Origin: an uncultured Candidatus Saccharibacteria bacterium | Lineage (GTDB): Bacteria > Patescibacteriota > Minisyncoccia > Phycocordibacterales > CAIRYW01 | DNA: 64,000 nucleotides | NCBI GenBank assembly: GCA_964446625.1 | Contig: CAYUPH010000003.1 | Location: 64,192 to 128,191 of the forward strand | Direction: 5' to 3' | The notes under the pieces: model-generated | Databases searched by the model: none | What the model was told of the DNA's origin: nothing | What the model saw: only the letters and a program-made list of their open reading frames with translations | Translations under genes and position numbers: made by a program | Shown here: positions 37,268-48,344 of the stretch, piece after piece | Position numbering within the stretch: position 1 is the stretch's first letter | Layout: every line of letters begins with the position of its first letter

Positions 37268-39883
37268 TTATTTTCCTCTCAAAATCTTGCGAAGGTAAGT
37301 TCCTGTGTGACTCTTTTGGTTATTCGCCACCTCCTCTGGTGTCCCCTTTGCAACAATTTGACCTCCTGAGGCACCTCCTTCCGGACCAATATCAATAATG
37401 TAGTCACTACATTTAATTAAATCAAGATTGTGCTCAATAACAAGGACAGTGTTTCCGTGCGACACGAGCCTTTGGAGGATTTCAATAAGTTTTCGCACAT
37501 CTTCATAGTGAAGACCTACTGTTGGTTCATCGAGAAGGTAAATAGTTTTTTGTGTATGTGTTCTGTAAAGCTCGCTTGAGATTTTTACCCTCTGCGCTTC
37601 CCCGCCCGAGAGTGTAGTTGCGCTTTGTCCAAGCTCTAGGTAGCCAAGTCCTACTTCATCTAGAGTTTTTAGCCTGTCATAAATAGATGGAATTTCCTCA
37701 AAGAATGCCAACCCCTCTTCCACTGTCATTTTTAGAATATCGTAAATACTTTTCTTCTTGTATTTAACTTCGAGAGTCTCTTTCATAAATCTCTTTCCTC
37801 CACAGATATCACAAGTCACATACACAGTTGGCAAAAAGTGCATTTCTACTTCAATAACTCCATTTCCTTCACAAGTTTCGCATCGTCCACCTTTTCTGTT
37901 AAAAGAAAATCTTCCTGGACCCCACCCGCGAACTCTTGCTTCGCTAGTTGCTGCAAATAGGTCACGAATGTGTCCCCATGCGCCAGTATATGTTGCAGGG
38001 TTACTTCGTGGAGTTCGTCCAATTGGAGATTGATCAATCAAAACTACTCGCGAAAGATACTCTGAACCAGTAAAACTTGTACAGTTATATGTTTCTGCGC
38101 GTCTGTACTTCTTTTCAAGACGAGCTAAGAGGTTTTTGTGTAGAATTTCATACACAAACGAACTTTTTCCTGATCCTGATACACCTGTCACAGACACAAA
38201 TTTTCCAAGAGGAACTTCGACATTTAGATTTTTTATATTAAAGATTTTTCCACCCGCAACTTTTAGAGACCCTTTGTCCCCTTCGCGCCTTTTTGGGATT
38301 TCAATCTCTTCTTCTCCTCGCAGATATGCAAGTGTCTTTGATCCACTGTCGTTTTTCTTGGCTTTAAGCAGGTCATCTATAAAGCCTGATACAACAACTT
38401 CTCCTCCGTGAACTCCAGCCCCTTTTCCAATATCAATAATAAAATCAGAAGCGTACATAGTATCTTCGTCGTGCTCTACCACAATGATTGTATTTCCTAG
38501 GTCTCTAAGGTTTAAGAGTGTTTTTATAAGCCTGTCGTTGTCTCTTTGATGAAGTCCAATTGTTGGTTCATCGAGTACATACAAAGCTCCTACAAGACCG
38601 CTTCCAAGCTGGCTCGCAAGACGAATTCGCTGGGCTTCACCTCCTGAAAGAGTCGATGCCTTTCGGTCTAGTGACAAATAGTCAATTCCCACATCAACCA
38701 TAAACTGAATTCGTGACAAAATCTCTTTTACCACAACTTTAGAAATTTCTTCTTCTTTTTTTGAAAGGTCTAGTGCATAGAAAAACTCCTCTGCGTCTTT
38801 AATAGACAGCGCGGTTGTCTCTACGATATTCTTCTTTGTTCCTGGCAAGAAAACTGCAAGCGCTTCCGGACGAAGTCTTGCTCCATGACAAACTTTACAT
38901 TCTTCGTTCACAAAAAATTCTCTTGTACCAAGACCATTACACTCAGGACACGCGCCATATGGTGAGTTAAAAGAGAAAAGTCTTGGTTCAACCTCTGGAA
39001 AAGAAAATCCGTCGTAAGGACACATAAACTTAGAAGAGATAAGGTGAGTTTCTTCGTCTGTGACGATTTTAATAAGTCCGTCAGACTGTTCAAGAGCTTT
39101 TTCAATTGACTCACTTAGTCTTTCTGTAAACCCGGCACCACCGTCTTTGATTTCTGAAAGATAAAATTCATCAACAAGCACATCAATGTTGTGGTTTTTT
39201 GTTTTTGAAAGCTCGATTCTTTCTCGGAGTGAATACAGGTTTCCATCGACAAGAACTTTCTCATATCCTTTTCCGAGTAGGTCATAGAGGAGCTGATAGT
39301 ACTCGCCTTTTCTACCAACGACAACTGGCGCAAAAAGTTTAAAAGTCTTTTCTGAAATAGAAACTCCGAGAACTTTTTTTGAAGATTTTGTAATATCAAT
39401 AGCCGAAACAGTGTTTATAATAGTCTCAATAATTTCTTCTTTTGATAGCTTTTTGATTTCTCTATCACAAATGAGACAGTGTGGTTTTCCAATACGGGCA
39501 AAAAGGATTCGCAGGTAGTCGTAAATTTCTGTAATAGTTGCAACTGTAGAGCGAGGGTTGTTTGAACGAGACTTTTGATCAATAGAAATAGCTGGCGAAA
39601 GTCCTACAATTTCATCGACGTCTGGCTTTTGCATTTGTCGTAGGAACTGGCGCGCATAACTAGAGAGACTTTCTACATAGCGTCTCTGTCCTTCGGCAAA
39701 AATAGTATCAAAAGCAAGAGAGCTCTTTCCTGATCCAGAGAGCCCTGTAATTGCAATCATCTTTCCTCGAGGCATCTCAACGGTTATGTTTTTGAGATTA
39801 TGTGTTCTAGCCCCTCGAACAATGATTTTTTCGGTCTCTTTTGGAAGTTTACAGATGTGTTTGTTGTTTGAATTTTCCTTCAT
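37268..39883 (-). CDS. uvrA: excinuclease ABC subunit A
   Basis: Two ABC ATPase modules ([26 protein letters not shown]), Zn-finger Cys clusters, signature LSGGEAQR x2. Confidence 0.95.
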   Translation of the reverse strand: MKENSNNKHICKLPKETEKIIVRGARTHNLKNITVEMPRGKMIAITGLSGSGKSSLAFDTIFAEGQRRYVESLSSYARQFLRQMQKPDVDEIVGLSPAISIDQKSRSNNPRSTVATITEIYDYLRILFARIGKPHCLICDREIKKLSKEEIIETIINTVSAIDITKSSKKVLGVSISEKTFKLFAPVVVGRKGEYYQLLYDLLGKGYEKVLVDGNLYSLRERIELSKTKNHNIDVLVDEFYLSEIKDGGAGFTERLSESIEKALEQSDGLIKIVTDEETHLISSKFMCPYDGFSFPEVEPRLFSFNSPYGACPECNGLGTREFFVNEECKVCHGARLRPEALAVFLPGTKKNIVETTALSIKDAEEFFYALDLSKKEEEISKVVVKEILSRIQFMVDVGIDYLSLDRKASTLSGGEAQRIRLASQLGSGLVGALYVLDEPTIGLHQRDNDRLIKTLLNLRDLGNTIIVVEHDEDTMYASDFIIDIGKGAGVHGGEVVVSGFIDDLLKAKKNDSGSKTLAYLRGEEEIEIPKRREGDKGSLKVAGGKIFNIKNLNVEVPLGKFVSVTGVSGSGKSSFVYEILHKNLLARLEKKYRRAETYNCTSFTGSEYLSRVVLIDQSPIGRTPRSNPATYTGAWGHIRDLFAATSEARVRGWGPGRFSFNRKGGRCETCEGNGVIEVEMHFLPTVYVTCDICGGKRFMKETLEVKYKKKSIYDILKMTVEEGLAFFEEIPSIYDRLKTLDEVGLGYLELGQSATTLSGGEAQRVKISSELYRTHTQKTIYLLDEPTVGLHYEDVRKLIEILQRLVSHGNTVLVIEHNLDLIKCSDYIIDIGPEGGASGGQIVAKGTPEEVANNQKSHTGTYLRKILRGK

Positions 39884-39951
39884 AAGCAGTCTATTATGAC
39901 ATAGTTTATATAGTTTGACAAAACACGGTTTAGTTCTATAATCAAAGGCCT

Positions 39952-40197
39952 ATGAATGATGTTCCTTCGAAGCCTTTGGACCGCCCTGTAGCTGGGGACT
40001 ACCTCACCATCAATAGAAAGGAGGGGACAGAGGATCAGTTTATGTTGGAGTTCAACAGAGCTGGTGAGAAAGTTGGACGCACTATTTTAGTCATTGACTG
40101 CGAGAATTCAAGTGCAATTGTTGAAGTGCTGTCCATGTTTGGACTCCAAAAAGATTTTTCAATAAACTCCTATACGTGGAAGTTGAAGCAGCTCTAA
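39952..40197 (+). CDS. hypothetical protein (81 aa)
   Basis: Intact ORF; no family recognised. Confidence 0.3.
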   Translation: MNDVPSKPLDRPVAGDYLTINRKEGTEDQFMLEFNRAGEKVGRTILVIDCENSSAIVEVLSMFGLQKDFSINSYTWKLKQL

Positions 40198-40210
40198 TCA
40201 AGCTGTTTTT

Positions 40211-40879
40211 TTATTTCCTAATTAAAATCACTCCATCCCATGCAGGAATAAGCACCGCTTTTTCTTTAAATTTTCGCTTTACAAAATCATTAAATTTTTG
40301 AGTATAGACAATAGACTCTCGGGTCTCATTTTTGTCTACCACTTTTCCCTTCCACAAACTATTGTCACAAATTATAACTCCACCCTCTTTTAAAAGAGTG
40401 AGGGACTTAAGTAGGTACTCTTTTTGATTTCTCTTGTCTGCATCTATAAAAATAGCATCGAAACGGATTTTTTTCTTTTGAAGACCCTCTAGCATTTTTA
40501 CCCCTGGACCATGTAGTTGGATTATTCTCTCTGAGGCTTTAAGTTTTTTCCAAAGAGCAGTGCTCGGCGCCAAATTCCTTTTATCTGCTTCAATTGTGTA
40601 TACTTTTCCATTTTGAGGAAGAGCTCTCGACAAAAATACGGTACTAAAACCTCTAAAAGTGCCGATTTCTAAAACTTTTTTTACCTTTAGTAGTGAAAGG
40701 AGAAACTGTAAAAAACTTCCTTCCGAGAAGGGGACTTGTATAAAGGAGTCGGGTAATTCAAAAGTCTCTTCGAGAACTTTCCGCTTTTCAACTTTTGAGA
40801 AGTTCTCTATATACGAAAATAGTTCGTCAGTTTCCTCTACCTTTTTACTTCTTTTTGCTCTTTGAGGTAGGTTTATCAT
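40211..40879 (-). CDS. class I SAM-dependent O-methyltransferase (family 3, caffeoyl-CoA OMT-like)
   Basis: VLEIGTFRGFST SAM motif, IFIDADK motif. Confidence 0.75.
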   Translation of the reverse strand: MINLPQRAKRSKKVEETDELFSYIENFSKVEKRKVLEETFELPDSFIQVPFSEGSFLQFLLSLLKVKKVLEIGTFRGFSTVFLSRALPQNGKVYTIEADKRNLAPSTALWKKLKASERIIQLHGPGVKMLEGLQKKKIRFDAIFIDADKRNQKEYLLKSLTLLKEGGVIICDNSLWKGKVVDKNETRESIVYTQKFNDFVKRKFKEKAVLIPAWDGVILIRK

Positions 40880-42920
40880 CTCCTTTTCTTTTTATTCCAG
40901 GAACTCGTAGCCCTGTCTTGTCCATAAGCGCAATAAGCTCATCACGAATAATCGCTGCTGTTTCAAAATCGAGAGCTTTCACCGCTTCTTCCATTTCTTC
41001 TTTCTTTTGCTTCATAAATGACACTGGATCCTTTTCAAAAAGTACTTTTTCTATATTCATAACACTACTTACTGCTTTCTGGTGGTCAGTTGCAACCATG
41101 TCTGTAATGTCTTTAATTGCCTTTTTGATAGTTTTTGGAGTAATACCATGCTTTTTGTTGTACTCTTCTTGAAGTGTACGCCTTCTTTTTGTTTCTCCTA
41201 TCGCTTTTTCAAGAGACTTTGTTGTGTGGTCTGCGTAGACAACTACCCTTCCCTCACTATTTCTCGCTGCTCGTCCGATAATCTGAATAAGCGAAGTTTC
41301 GGATCGAAGGAACCCTTCCTTATCTGCATCAAAAATACCAATGAGCGCTACCTCGGGCAGGTCGAGTCCTTCTCGCAGTAGATTTACTCCGATTAGTACA
41401 TCAAACTTCCCTTTTCGAAAATCTGAAAGGATTGTAATTCGGTCAAATGTGTCTACGTCACTGTGGAGGTACTCTGCTTTTATGTTTTTCTCTTTTAGAA
41501 ATTCAGAAAGGTCTTCGGCCATTTTCTTTGTAAGAGTTGTACCAATAACACGAAAACCTTTTGCAATAGTCTTTTGCGCATCAAGGATAAAATCCTGAAT
41601 TTGTCCTTTGTAGTTTCCTTCTGCAACAACTCCTCTTATATCAATAAGTGGGTCGAGGAGCCCTGTTGGACGAACAACTTGCTCGACAATTGCTTTGCTT
41701 TTTTCTGCCTCGTATTTAGAAGGTGTAGCGCTCGTAAAAATCATTTGCCCCACTCTCTCTTCGAACTCCGGAAACTTTAGTGGTCTGTTGTCCGCAGCAG
41801 AGGGAAGCCTAAAACCGTGGTCGATTAGGTTCTTTTTTCGTGAAGCGTCTCCTGCATACATGGCTCCGATCTGAGGAATTGTGACATGCGACTCATCTAT
41901 AACAGTTAGAAAATCTGCTTTACCGTCCTTTGTTCGGGGAAAGTACGACAAAAGACTGTCCGGCGCCTCACCAGGAGCTTTACCTGAAAAATGCCTTGAG
42001 TAGTTTTCGATACCGTTGCAGTAACCCACTTCTTTAATAAGAGCGATATCGTAATTTGTTCGGCGCTTTAGTCTCTCTGCCTCAAGAATCTTTCCTTCTT
42101 TTTCAAGTTCTTTTAATCTCTCCGCGAGCTCTAGTTTTATGCTTTCTACTGCGCGAAGAGCTGCGTCTTCGTCAGAAATAAAGTGTTTTGCAGGAAAGAG
42201 GAAAAAAGTATCTATCTCAGAAACAATTTCTCGTGTCACAGCATCGAGTGTCTGAATTCTTTCAATCGAATCCCCTTTAAAGTCAATTTTATAAAGAAGT
42301 CTTTCACTAATAGGCATTACTTCAATACTGTTTCCAAGCGCTCGAAATACTCCAGGCGAAAGATCTGCATTTGTTCGCTCGTAGTGAATTGAAATAAACT
42401 TTCGTGCGAGGTCATTTCGAGAAAGTTTCTGTCCTTTCGCTACTTTTATGTTTACTTTTTCGTATTCATCTGGGCTTCCAAGTCCATAGATACACGAAAC
42501 AGACGCGACTATGATTACATCTTTTCGGGTAAGAAGAGCTTGGGTTGAGGCGTGGCGGAGGCGGTCAATTTCTTCGTTTATCTGGGCTTCTTTTTCAATA
42601 TACGTATCGCTCGCGGAAATATAGGCCTCAGGCTGATAGTAGTCGTAATACGAAACAAAGTAATGCACCGCGTTTTCTGGGAAAAATTCTCTATACTCTG
42701 CTGCGAGCTGCGCTGCAAGAGTTTTGTTGTGAGCAATCACTAGAGTCGGTTTTCCAATATTTGCAATTATATTTGCTATTGTAAAAGTCTTTCCAGAGCC
42801 GGTTACACCAAGAAGAGTCTGGTTATCTAAACCTTGCTTCACTCCTTTTGTCAGAGCTTCTATTGCCTTTGGTTGATCTCCTGCTGGCTTGTAGCCTGTT
42901 TTTAGTTTGAAAATACTCAT
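40845..42920 (-). CDS. uvrB: excinuclease ABC subunit B
   Basis: Helicase motifs GVTGSGKT, DESH, C-terminal UVR domain AAIIRDEL; start at MSIFKLKTGY inside longer track ORF. Confidence 0.9.
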   Translation of the reverse strand: MSIFKLKTGYKPAGDQPKAIEALTKGVKQGLDNQTLLGVTGSGKTFTIANIIANIGKPTLVIAHNKTLAAQLAAEYREFFPENAVHYFVSYYDYYQPEAYISASDTYIEKEAQINEEIDRLRHASTQALLTRKDVIIVASVSCIYGLGSPDEYEKVNIKVAKGQKLSRNDLARKFISIHYERTNADLSPGVFRALGNSIEVMPISERLLYKIDFKGDSIERIQTLDAVTREIVSEIDTFFLFPAKHFISDEDAALRAVESIKLELAERLKELEKEGKILEAERLKRRTNYDIALIKEVGYCNGIENYSRHFSGKAPGEAPDSLLSYFPRTKDGKADFLTVIDESHVTIPQIGAMYAGDASRKKNLIDHGFRLPSAADNRPLKFPEFEERVGQMIFTSATPSKYEAEKSKAIVEQVVRPTGLLDPLIDIRGVVAEGNYKGQIQDFILDAQKTIAKGFRVIGTTLTKKMAEDLSEFLKEKNIKAEYLHSDVDTFDRITILSDFRKGKFDVLIGVNLLREGLDLPEVALIGIFDADKEGFLRSETSLIQIIGRAARNSEGRVVVYADHTTKSLEKAIGETKRRRTLQEEYNKKHGITPKTIKKAIKDITDMVATDHQKAVSSVMNIEKVLFEKDPVSFMKQKKEEMEEAVKALDFETAAIIRDELIALMDKTGLRVPGIKRKGDDKPTSKSKKK

Positions 42921-42976
42921 AAATGCAAATAATACCACAAAAAAAGCGCTCTGGAAACCAGAGCGCAAAGAAAGAA

Positions 42977-43249
42977 CTATTTTGGGTTTTTATCCCTTCT
43001 CACTCTTTTACTATTTTGTGACGGAGAACCTTCGAGAATAATTGATACTGTGCCGACAGAGAGTTTTATCTTATCCATTCGAACTCCCGGGAACTCTTTT
43101 GCCACATACCCTAGCAAGGCATCGATAGTGAGAATCTTCTTTTCTCGAAGATCTACTGGGTATAAACTAACAGTTTTTTTCATGGTGGTAAGAAGCTTTT
43201 TCTCAGAGCTTCTCACTACTTCCAAATTTATAGAAACAGAGAAAAACAC
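42977..43249 (-). CDS. hypothetical small protein
   Basis: ORF possibly starting at internal MKKTVSLYP; no family recognised. Confidence 0.3.
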   Translation of the reverse strand: MFFSVSINLEVVRSSEKKLLTTMKKTVSLYPVDLREKKILTIDALLGYVAKEFPGVRMDKIKLSVGTVSIILEGSPSQNSKRVRRDKNPK

Positions 43250-43320
43250 TGAGGAAAATTCCTTGTTTTCTTCTGCTTTTTGGTTGTACTGATTTTTAAC
43301 ATGTTTGTATAAAAAGTGCC

Positions 43321-43509
43321 TTACGGCACAAGATCGTAATAAAGCGTCGCTTCGTCTCCCTGAACTTCAACATAAACAGGTTCAGGTGGCATTTGTCCGA
43401 AAAGCCTATAGAATCTAATCTCAAGTTTTTCCAGACACATTCCAAGCGGGATTGTAGCTACAATGCCCTGATTTTCTAAATGAAAGAACATAACAAAAAC
43501 GAGCCCCAT
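43321..43509 (-). CDS. doubtful small ORF
   Basis: Predicted start lies inside terminator hairpin; weak. Confidence 0.15.
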   Translation of the reverse strand: MGLVFVMFFHLENQGIVATIPLGMCLEKLEIRFYRLFGQMPPEPVYVEVQGDEATLYYDLVP

Positions 43510-43522
43510 CTTGAGGGCTCGT
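43490..43522 (-). terminator. Rho-independent terminator downstream of membrane-protein gene
   Basis: acgagccc-catcttga-gggctcgt with T-run on minus strand. Confidence 0.55.
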
Positions 43523-43640
43523 CTTGTTTGTTTAGAAAAAAAGTAAACAACTAAGAGGAAACCTCAAGAGATGTGAGGATTACCTTGACCTTAATTGTTG
43601 CTTTTCGTGTGTTCATGTTTAGTATTTTACAGAAGAAGAG

Positions 43641-45155
43641 TTACTTTGCAAGTCCTGTTAGCTTGAAACTACTTATAACAAACCCAACTTGTATAACCGA
43701 CTGCAAATTTGTTGGAGTTCCAGTACCGCTCACAACAAACGCTTTGTCGCCTTTTACGAACACTTTTTGAACTACATAATTGTTTTCGTCTTTACCTTCG
43801 AACATAGCATACTCATTTCCACTTTCATCTTTTCCACTCTGAAAATCTGCGTCAGTAGAGGGGATTTTGTATTTATTTAGGTTTTGAAGAATGACAGATT
43901 TTGCTGTAACGCCTACTTTGACTGTTTCCACCTCAACACTCACCGCAGAAGGCAGAAGACCTGCTTCTATGTTTTCTTTTGCAGTAGCAGAATCTATTGC
44001 AGAAAAAACTGGTTCGCCAGGTTTTTTTGCAGTCACATAGTTCCACGAAGCTGGGAGTGTGATTTGGAAACCATTTTCTGTATCTGTGTAAACTTTTGAA
44101 TTATTTAGATTTGTTGCAATTTGATTTGCATTATTTCTTACTTCCTTCAGTCCTAAAAATATTATTCCACTTAAAGTGACTAAAACGAGAAGTACGCCAA
44201 GAGTAAGGGAAAGCCAAAAAGAAATTTTTACTCTTTTTCGTGTTTTCTGCAGTATTTCCTCTGTTACATCCCCTACTCTATTTTTTAGACCTTTAAGTAT
44301 TTGATACCCGAAACTAAAACTCATTACATTTACGACAATTTGGCTCACTAAGCCTACAATCAATATCGCAATGAAGAACAGTAATCCCTTTTCAGCAAAT
44401 TGATCAAGGGTTCCTGATTTGAAAAGCTGAAACATTTTCGAAAAGCCGTATGTTTTATAAATAGGATAAAGTTCAATAACCCTAAGTACTGTAAGTGGGA
44501 TATAAATTACAAATAATAGTACAACATATCCAAGAACTCGGAGCATGAGCTTTCCCACTACATCTTTTGTAATCAAGACACTTTTTGCAAGAGCAGAAAA
44601 GAAACTTATGTGCTCAGTAACCAAAAAGAGGGGTGCTAAAGCAAAACGAGCCATTGTCCAAACTCCAAGAAGAAAAAAACTTACTGCTAGAACAGTAAAC
44701 ACTATTAGAGGTGGTAGTGCCATACTAGAAGCAAAAGCAATAACCATAGCAATAGGTATCATTCCAATAAACAAAATTGCCATTGCAAAACTATTAATAA
44801 GCATATAGAAAACGATATTTCTAAGTCCAGTTAGATACGCTTCTTTTTTACTTGCGACTCCTGTCTCCTCAAGGTCTTTCAGGTATTTAAAACCTCCGAG
44901 GCTTGTTGCTACTGAGAAAAGGAAGAGTGGCAGGCCAACCACTATGCTTCCAATTATTCTAACAATATGAGGCAAATTGGCCTGTGCCACCAGGTTTACA
45001 ATAGCTACACCCACAAGTGAGGGTAAAACAAAAAACAAAAGCGGCTTGAAGTGCTTCTTTGTAAGAGAAAGAAAACTGATAAAAAATTCTTTGAAAGAAC
45101 TAAGTTTTCCTGTTCCTTCTGTTTTAGGCGCTGCCTCGATTTGAGTAGAATCCAT
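43641..45155 (-). CDS. polytopic membrane protein with C-terminal extracytoplasmic domain
   Basis: ~8 hydrophobic helices then ~170-aa soluble domain; no family recognised. Confidence 0.55.
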   Translation of the reverse strand: MDSTQIEAAPKTEGTGKLSSFKEFFISFLSLTKKHFKPLLFFVLPSLVGVAIVNLVAQANLPHIVRIIGSIVVGLPLFLFSVATSLGGFKYLKDLEETGVASKKEAYLTGLRNIVFYMLINSFAMAILFIGMIPIAMVIAFASSMALPPLIVFTVLAVSFFLLGVWTMARFALAPLFLVTEHISFFSALAKSVLITKDVVGKLMLRVLGYVVLLFVIYIPLTVLRVIELYPIYKTYGFSKMFQLFKSGTLDQFAEKGLLFFIAILIVGLVSQIVVNVMSFSFGYQILKGLKNRVGDVTEEILQKTRKRVKISFWLSLTLGVLLVLVTLSGIIFLGLKEVRNNANQIATNLNNSKVYTDTENGFQITLPASWNYVTAKKPGEPVFSAIDSATAKENIEAGLLPSAVSVEVETVKVGVTAKSVILQNLNKYKIPSTDADFQSGKDESGNEYAMFEGKDENNYVVQKVFVKGDKAFVVSGTGTPTNLQSVIQVGFVISSFKLTGLAK

Positions 45156-45201
45156 ATTATTAAACTAAGTTAGTATGGATTAAGTATACCACAGTAGGGT
45201 T

Positions 45202-46392
45202 TTAAATATTGTAGTCCTTAAGGAATTTTTCTTTAAAAGACTCGTAGGTTCCGCTTCGTATCGCTTCTCTTATGTTCTTAAAAAGACTCTCAATAAAATA
45301 AACATTGTGAAGAGATGCGAGGGTTTTTCCTAAAATCTCATCTACCCTAAAAAGATGCGAAATATAACTTTTTGTAAAATTTTTGCACGCATAGCACTCA
45401 CACCCATCTTCAAGAGGAGAAAAATCATTTTTGTACTTGCTATTTGTTATATTGAACCTTCCTTCATGCGTAAGGATTCTGCCGTTTCGAGCATTTCGAG
45501 TTGGAAGCACACAATCGAACGTGTCGCACCCCGCCTCAACTCCCGCAAAAATATCGAGAGGCTCTCCAATTCCTAGGAGGTGCCTTGGTTTGTCCTCGGG
45601 CAAAATTTTGTTCACTTCGTAAACCGCTTCACCTATATCTTTTTTGCTGTATGATCCACCAATAGCATATCCATCAAAATCGAGTCCTGCTAGAAACGTA
45701 GCGCTCTCCTTTCGTAAATCTAAAAATTTTCCTCCTTGTACGACTGCGTAGAGTCCTTGAGTTTTTGAATTTTCTTTTGATCTATGGAAGTCTAGACATC
45801 TCTTTGCCCACGCATGAGTTCGTGCGAGAGCTATCTTTTGGTACGAAACAGGCGCATGAGGAGCTGTGGGTTCGTCGAGAACTACGATAATATCAGCACC
45901 TATGTTGTGCTGTATTTCTATGGATTTTTCTGGTGAAAAAAAATGCGTACTTCCGTCGATATGTGATTTAAAAGTAACTCCTTCGTCAGTTACCGTTGCG
46001 CTTCCCTCACTTTCAGTCTGCGCCTCAGCATCAGGGTTATCGTGATCAGTAAACTTTGTAACCCCTTTTCCATACGCAACCCCTAAAGAAAAAGCTTGAA
46101 AACCACCCGAGTCTGTCATTGTTGGTCCGTTCCAACCGGAAAATTTACTGAGTCCGCCAGCAGAAGCAAGAATCTCGCTTCCTGGACGCATTTCAAGGTG
46201 ATATGTGTTCGACAAAAATAACTGCGAGCCGATTTCTTTTAGCATTTGTGGGGTGAGGGCTTTTACTGTTGCTTTTGTTCCAACCACAGCAAAAGATGGG
46301 GTTTCAACCTTTCCATGCGGTGTTTCTAGTTCTCCAAGGCGAGCAAGTGTGCCAGGAACTTTTTCTTTAATTGTAAAACGAAGCGGAGACAA
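45202..46392 (-). CDS. tgt: queuine tRNA-ribosyltransferase
   Basis: TIM-barrel Tgt with LLGIGEP motif and Zn site CECYAC...H; contains an insertion (~45 aa) versus typical Tgt. Confidence 0.85.
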   Translation of the reverse strand: MSPLRFTIKEKVPGTLARLGELETPHGKVETPSFAVVGTKATVKALTPQMLKEIGSQLFLSNTYHLEMRPGSEILASAGGLSKFSGWNGPTMTDSGGFQAFSLGVAYGKGVTKFTDHDNPDAEAQTESEGSATVTDEGVTFKSHIDGSTHFFSPEKSIEIQHNIGADIIVVLDEPTAPHAPVSYQKIALARTHAWAKRCLDFHRSKENSKTQGLYAVVQGGKFLDLRKESATFLAGLDFDGYAIGGSYSKKDIGEAVYEVNKILPEDKPRHLLGIGEPLDIFAGVEAGCDTFDCVLPTRNARNGRILTHEGRFNITNSKYKNDFSPLEDGCECYACKNFTKSYISHLFRVDEILGKTLASLHNVYFIESLFKNIREAIRSGTYESFKEKFLKDYNI

Positions 46393-46394
46393 TG

Positions 46395-46937
46395 CTATTT
46401 TGTAGAGACGTCAACAACTTCAATATCAAAGATAAGAGTTGCTCCTCCTGGAATAACACCAGGCACTCCACGCTCACCATACCCCATTTCCGCAGGGATA
46501 GTCAGAGTGATTGAACTTCCCTTTTTAGCTCCAAGAAGACCTTTCTCCCAACCAGCAATTACTCGTCCTTCTCCTAGTGTTACTTCAAACGGCACTCCTC
46601 TGCTAAGAGAAGAGTCGAAAACTTTTCCGTCTTCTAATTTTCCTGTGTAGTGCACTGTAACAACATCTCCAATTCGTGCTGCTTGACCCTCACCTTCCTT
46701 TTTAACTTCAACTTTTAGTCCGTTTTCCATTATTTTTTTATTATTATTTATAATTTTTTCTTCCTTCTTAGGTGTACTTTCTTCTACCACTTTTACTTCT
46801 TCCCTGGGCATAGGCGCCTCAGTTTCAGAAGTAAACCAAAGTAACCCCACTAGAAGAATTACAATACCGATTACAATAAAAAGAAATTTTTTATCTTTCA
46901 TAGACAGTATTATACATATTTTCGATTCTTTTTCCAT
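46395..46937 (-). CDS. FKBP-type peptidyl-prolyl cis-trans isomerase, membrane anchored
   Basis: GDVVTVHYTGKLEDGKVFDSS...GWEKGLLG...ATLIFDIEVVDV. Confidence 0.85.
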   Translation of the reverse strand: MEKESKICIILSMKDKKFLFIVIGIVILLVGLLWFTSETEAPMPREEVKVVEESTPKKEEKIINNNKKIMENGLKVEVKKEGEGQAARIGDVVTVHYTGKLEDGKVFDSSLSRGVPFEVTLGEGRVIAGWEKGLLGAKKGSSITLTIPAEMGYGERGVPGVIPGGATLIFDIEVVDVSTK

Positions 46938-46964
46938 TTAATAGAAATTTCATTTTTTTCTGAT

Positions 46965-48344
46965 ATGATAAGCGTTTATATGGATCACGGACACCTTACA
47001 GAAGGAGATATTGCAAAACTTGTTTGGAAAATCGCGCTACCTGCGTCGATTGGTTTTTTCTTTAACACAATGTTTAACGTTGTGGATGCATTTTATGGCG
47101 GAAAACTGGGTACAGACGCACTCGCAGCCATGTCAGCTTCGTTTCCAATATTCTTTTTGATCATCGCTGCTTCATCTGGTGTTGGTAGCGCAGCCTCTTC
47201 TCTAATTGGAAACGCTCTTGGTGCAAAGGACACAAAAAAGGCAAAAGAGTACTATCTTACTGCTATATTTATTGGAGTTGCTGTTTCAATTGTTTTAACT
47301 ATTATTGGTCTTCTTGTTTCAGAGCCTCTTTTTGAGGAGCTTGGTCTTCAAGGTGCCTCTCTCCAATATGCACTTGATTATACAAACATGATTTTCTACG
47401 GAACTATCTTTTTTGTTCTTGCAAACATTTTAAACTCTTACCTTCTTGCAATTGGTGACACAAAAACTTTTAGCAAAAGTCTTATCTTTTCTTTTATTTT
47501 AAACGTTATTCTTGATCCTTGGTTCATGTATGGCGGTTTTGGTGTAAAACCAATGGGGCTAGCAGGGATTGCATTTGCAACAATTCTTGTACAACTCATT
47601 CAGTGTATCTATATTGGATTTAAGTCACGCAAATTACATTTGCTACGTGGGTTCAGAGAACTTAAATGTAGTAAAGAAACTGTAAAGGAAATCTTTGTCC
47701 AGGCAGTTCCATCAAGTGTCAACATGATGACTGTGGCGATTGGAAGTTTTATTTTGACTTACTTTATTGGCGTCTATGGAACTGATGCGGTTGCAGCATA
47801 CGGAACGGCAGTACGAATTGAACAGATTATTCTTATTCCATCGATAGGACTCAACATTGCCGCTCTTGCGCTTGCTGGTCAAAGTAGCGGAGCTCGCAAC
47901 TATGAGCGAATTCGAGAAATCATAAAAGCTACTACGCGGATTGCACTATACCTCTCTGGAGTCGCACTCATTGTTTTGCTTTTTGGAGGAAAACTTCTGA
48001 TGAAGGTTTTTTCTAAGGACCCTACTGTAATTTCAATTGGTACTACATACCTTTATTTTGCTGCTTTTATTTTCCTTTCTTATATTTTAATTTTTGTAGG
48101 TAGTTCTATTCTCCAAGCAGTCAAAAGACCCTCGAAAGCACTAGCTATTTCAGTTGTAAGACAGATTATTGTGCCTGTTATTCTCTTTACAATCGTTACG
48201 AAGGTTTTCCATCTTGAAATAACAGCAATTTGGACACTGATTTTAATCACCAACTGGCTTGGAGCTTTTGTAACAAATAAAATTGTAGAGCGGGAACTAA
48301 AGGTTTTAGAAGCTAAGAAAGAAACTTTAGTACAGTCTGCTTAA
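46965..48344 (+). CDS. MATE family efflux transporter
   Basis: 12 predicted TM helices, duplicated MatE-type halves. Confidence 0.75.
   Translation: MISVYMDHGHLTEGDIAKLVWKIALPASIGFFFNTMFNVVDAFYGGKLGTDALAAMSASFPIFFLIIAASSGVGSAASSLIGNALGAKDTKKAKEYYLTAIFIGVAVSIVLTIIGLLVSEPLFEELGLQGASLQYALDYTNMIFYGTIFFVLANILNSYLLAIGDTKTFSKSLIFSFILNVILDPWFMYGGFGVKPMGLAGIAFATILVQLIQCIYIGFKSRKLHLLRGFRELKCSKETVKEIFVQAVPSSVNMMTVAIGSFILTYFIGVYGTDAVAAYGTAVRIEQIILIPSIGLNIAALALAGQSSGARNYERIREIIKATTRIALYLSGVALIVLLFGGKLLMKVFSKDPTVISIGTTYLYFAAFIFLSYILIFVGSSILQAVKRPSKALAISVVRQIIVPVILFTIVTKVFHLEITAIWTLILITNWLGAFVTNKIVERELKVLEAKKETLVQSA

Noticed and set aside
43321-43509. 62-aa ORF as a MoaD/ThiS-like small protein
   Set aside because: Start codon sits inside a terminator hairpin and similarity is only impressionistic (…VYVEVQGDEATLYYDL…); insufficient support.
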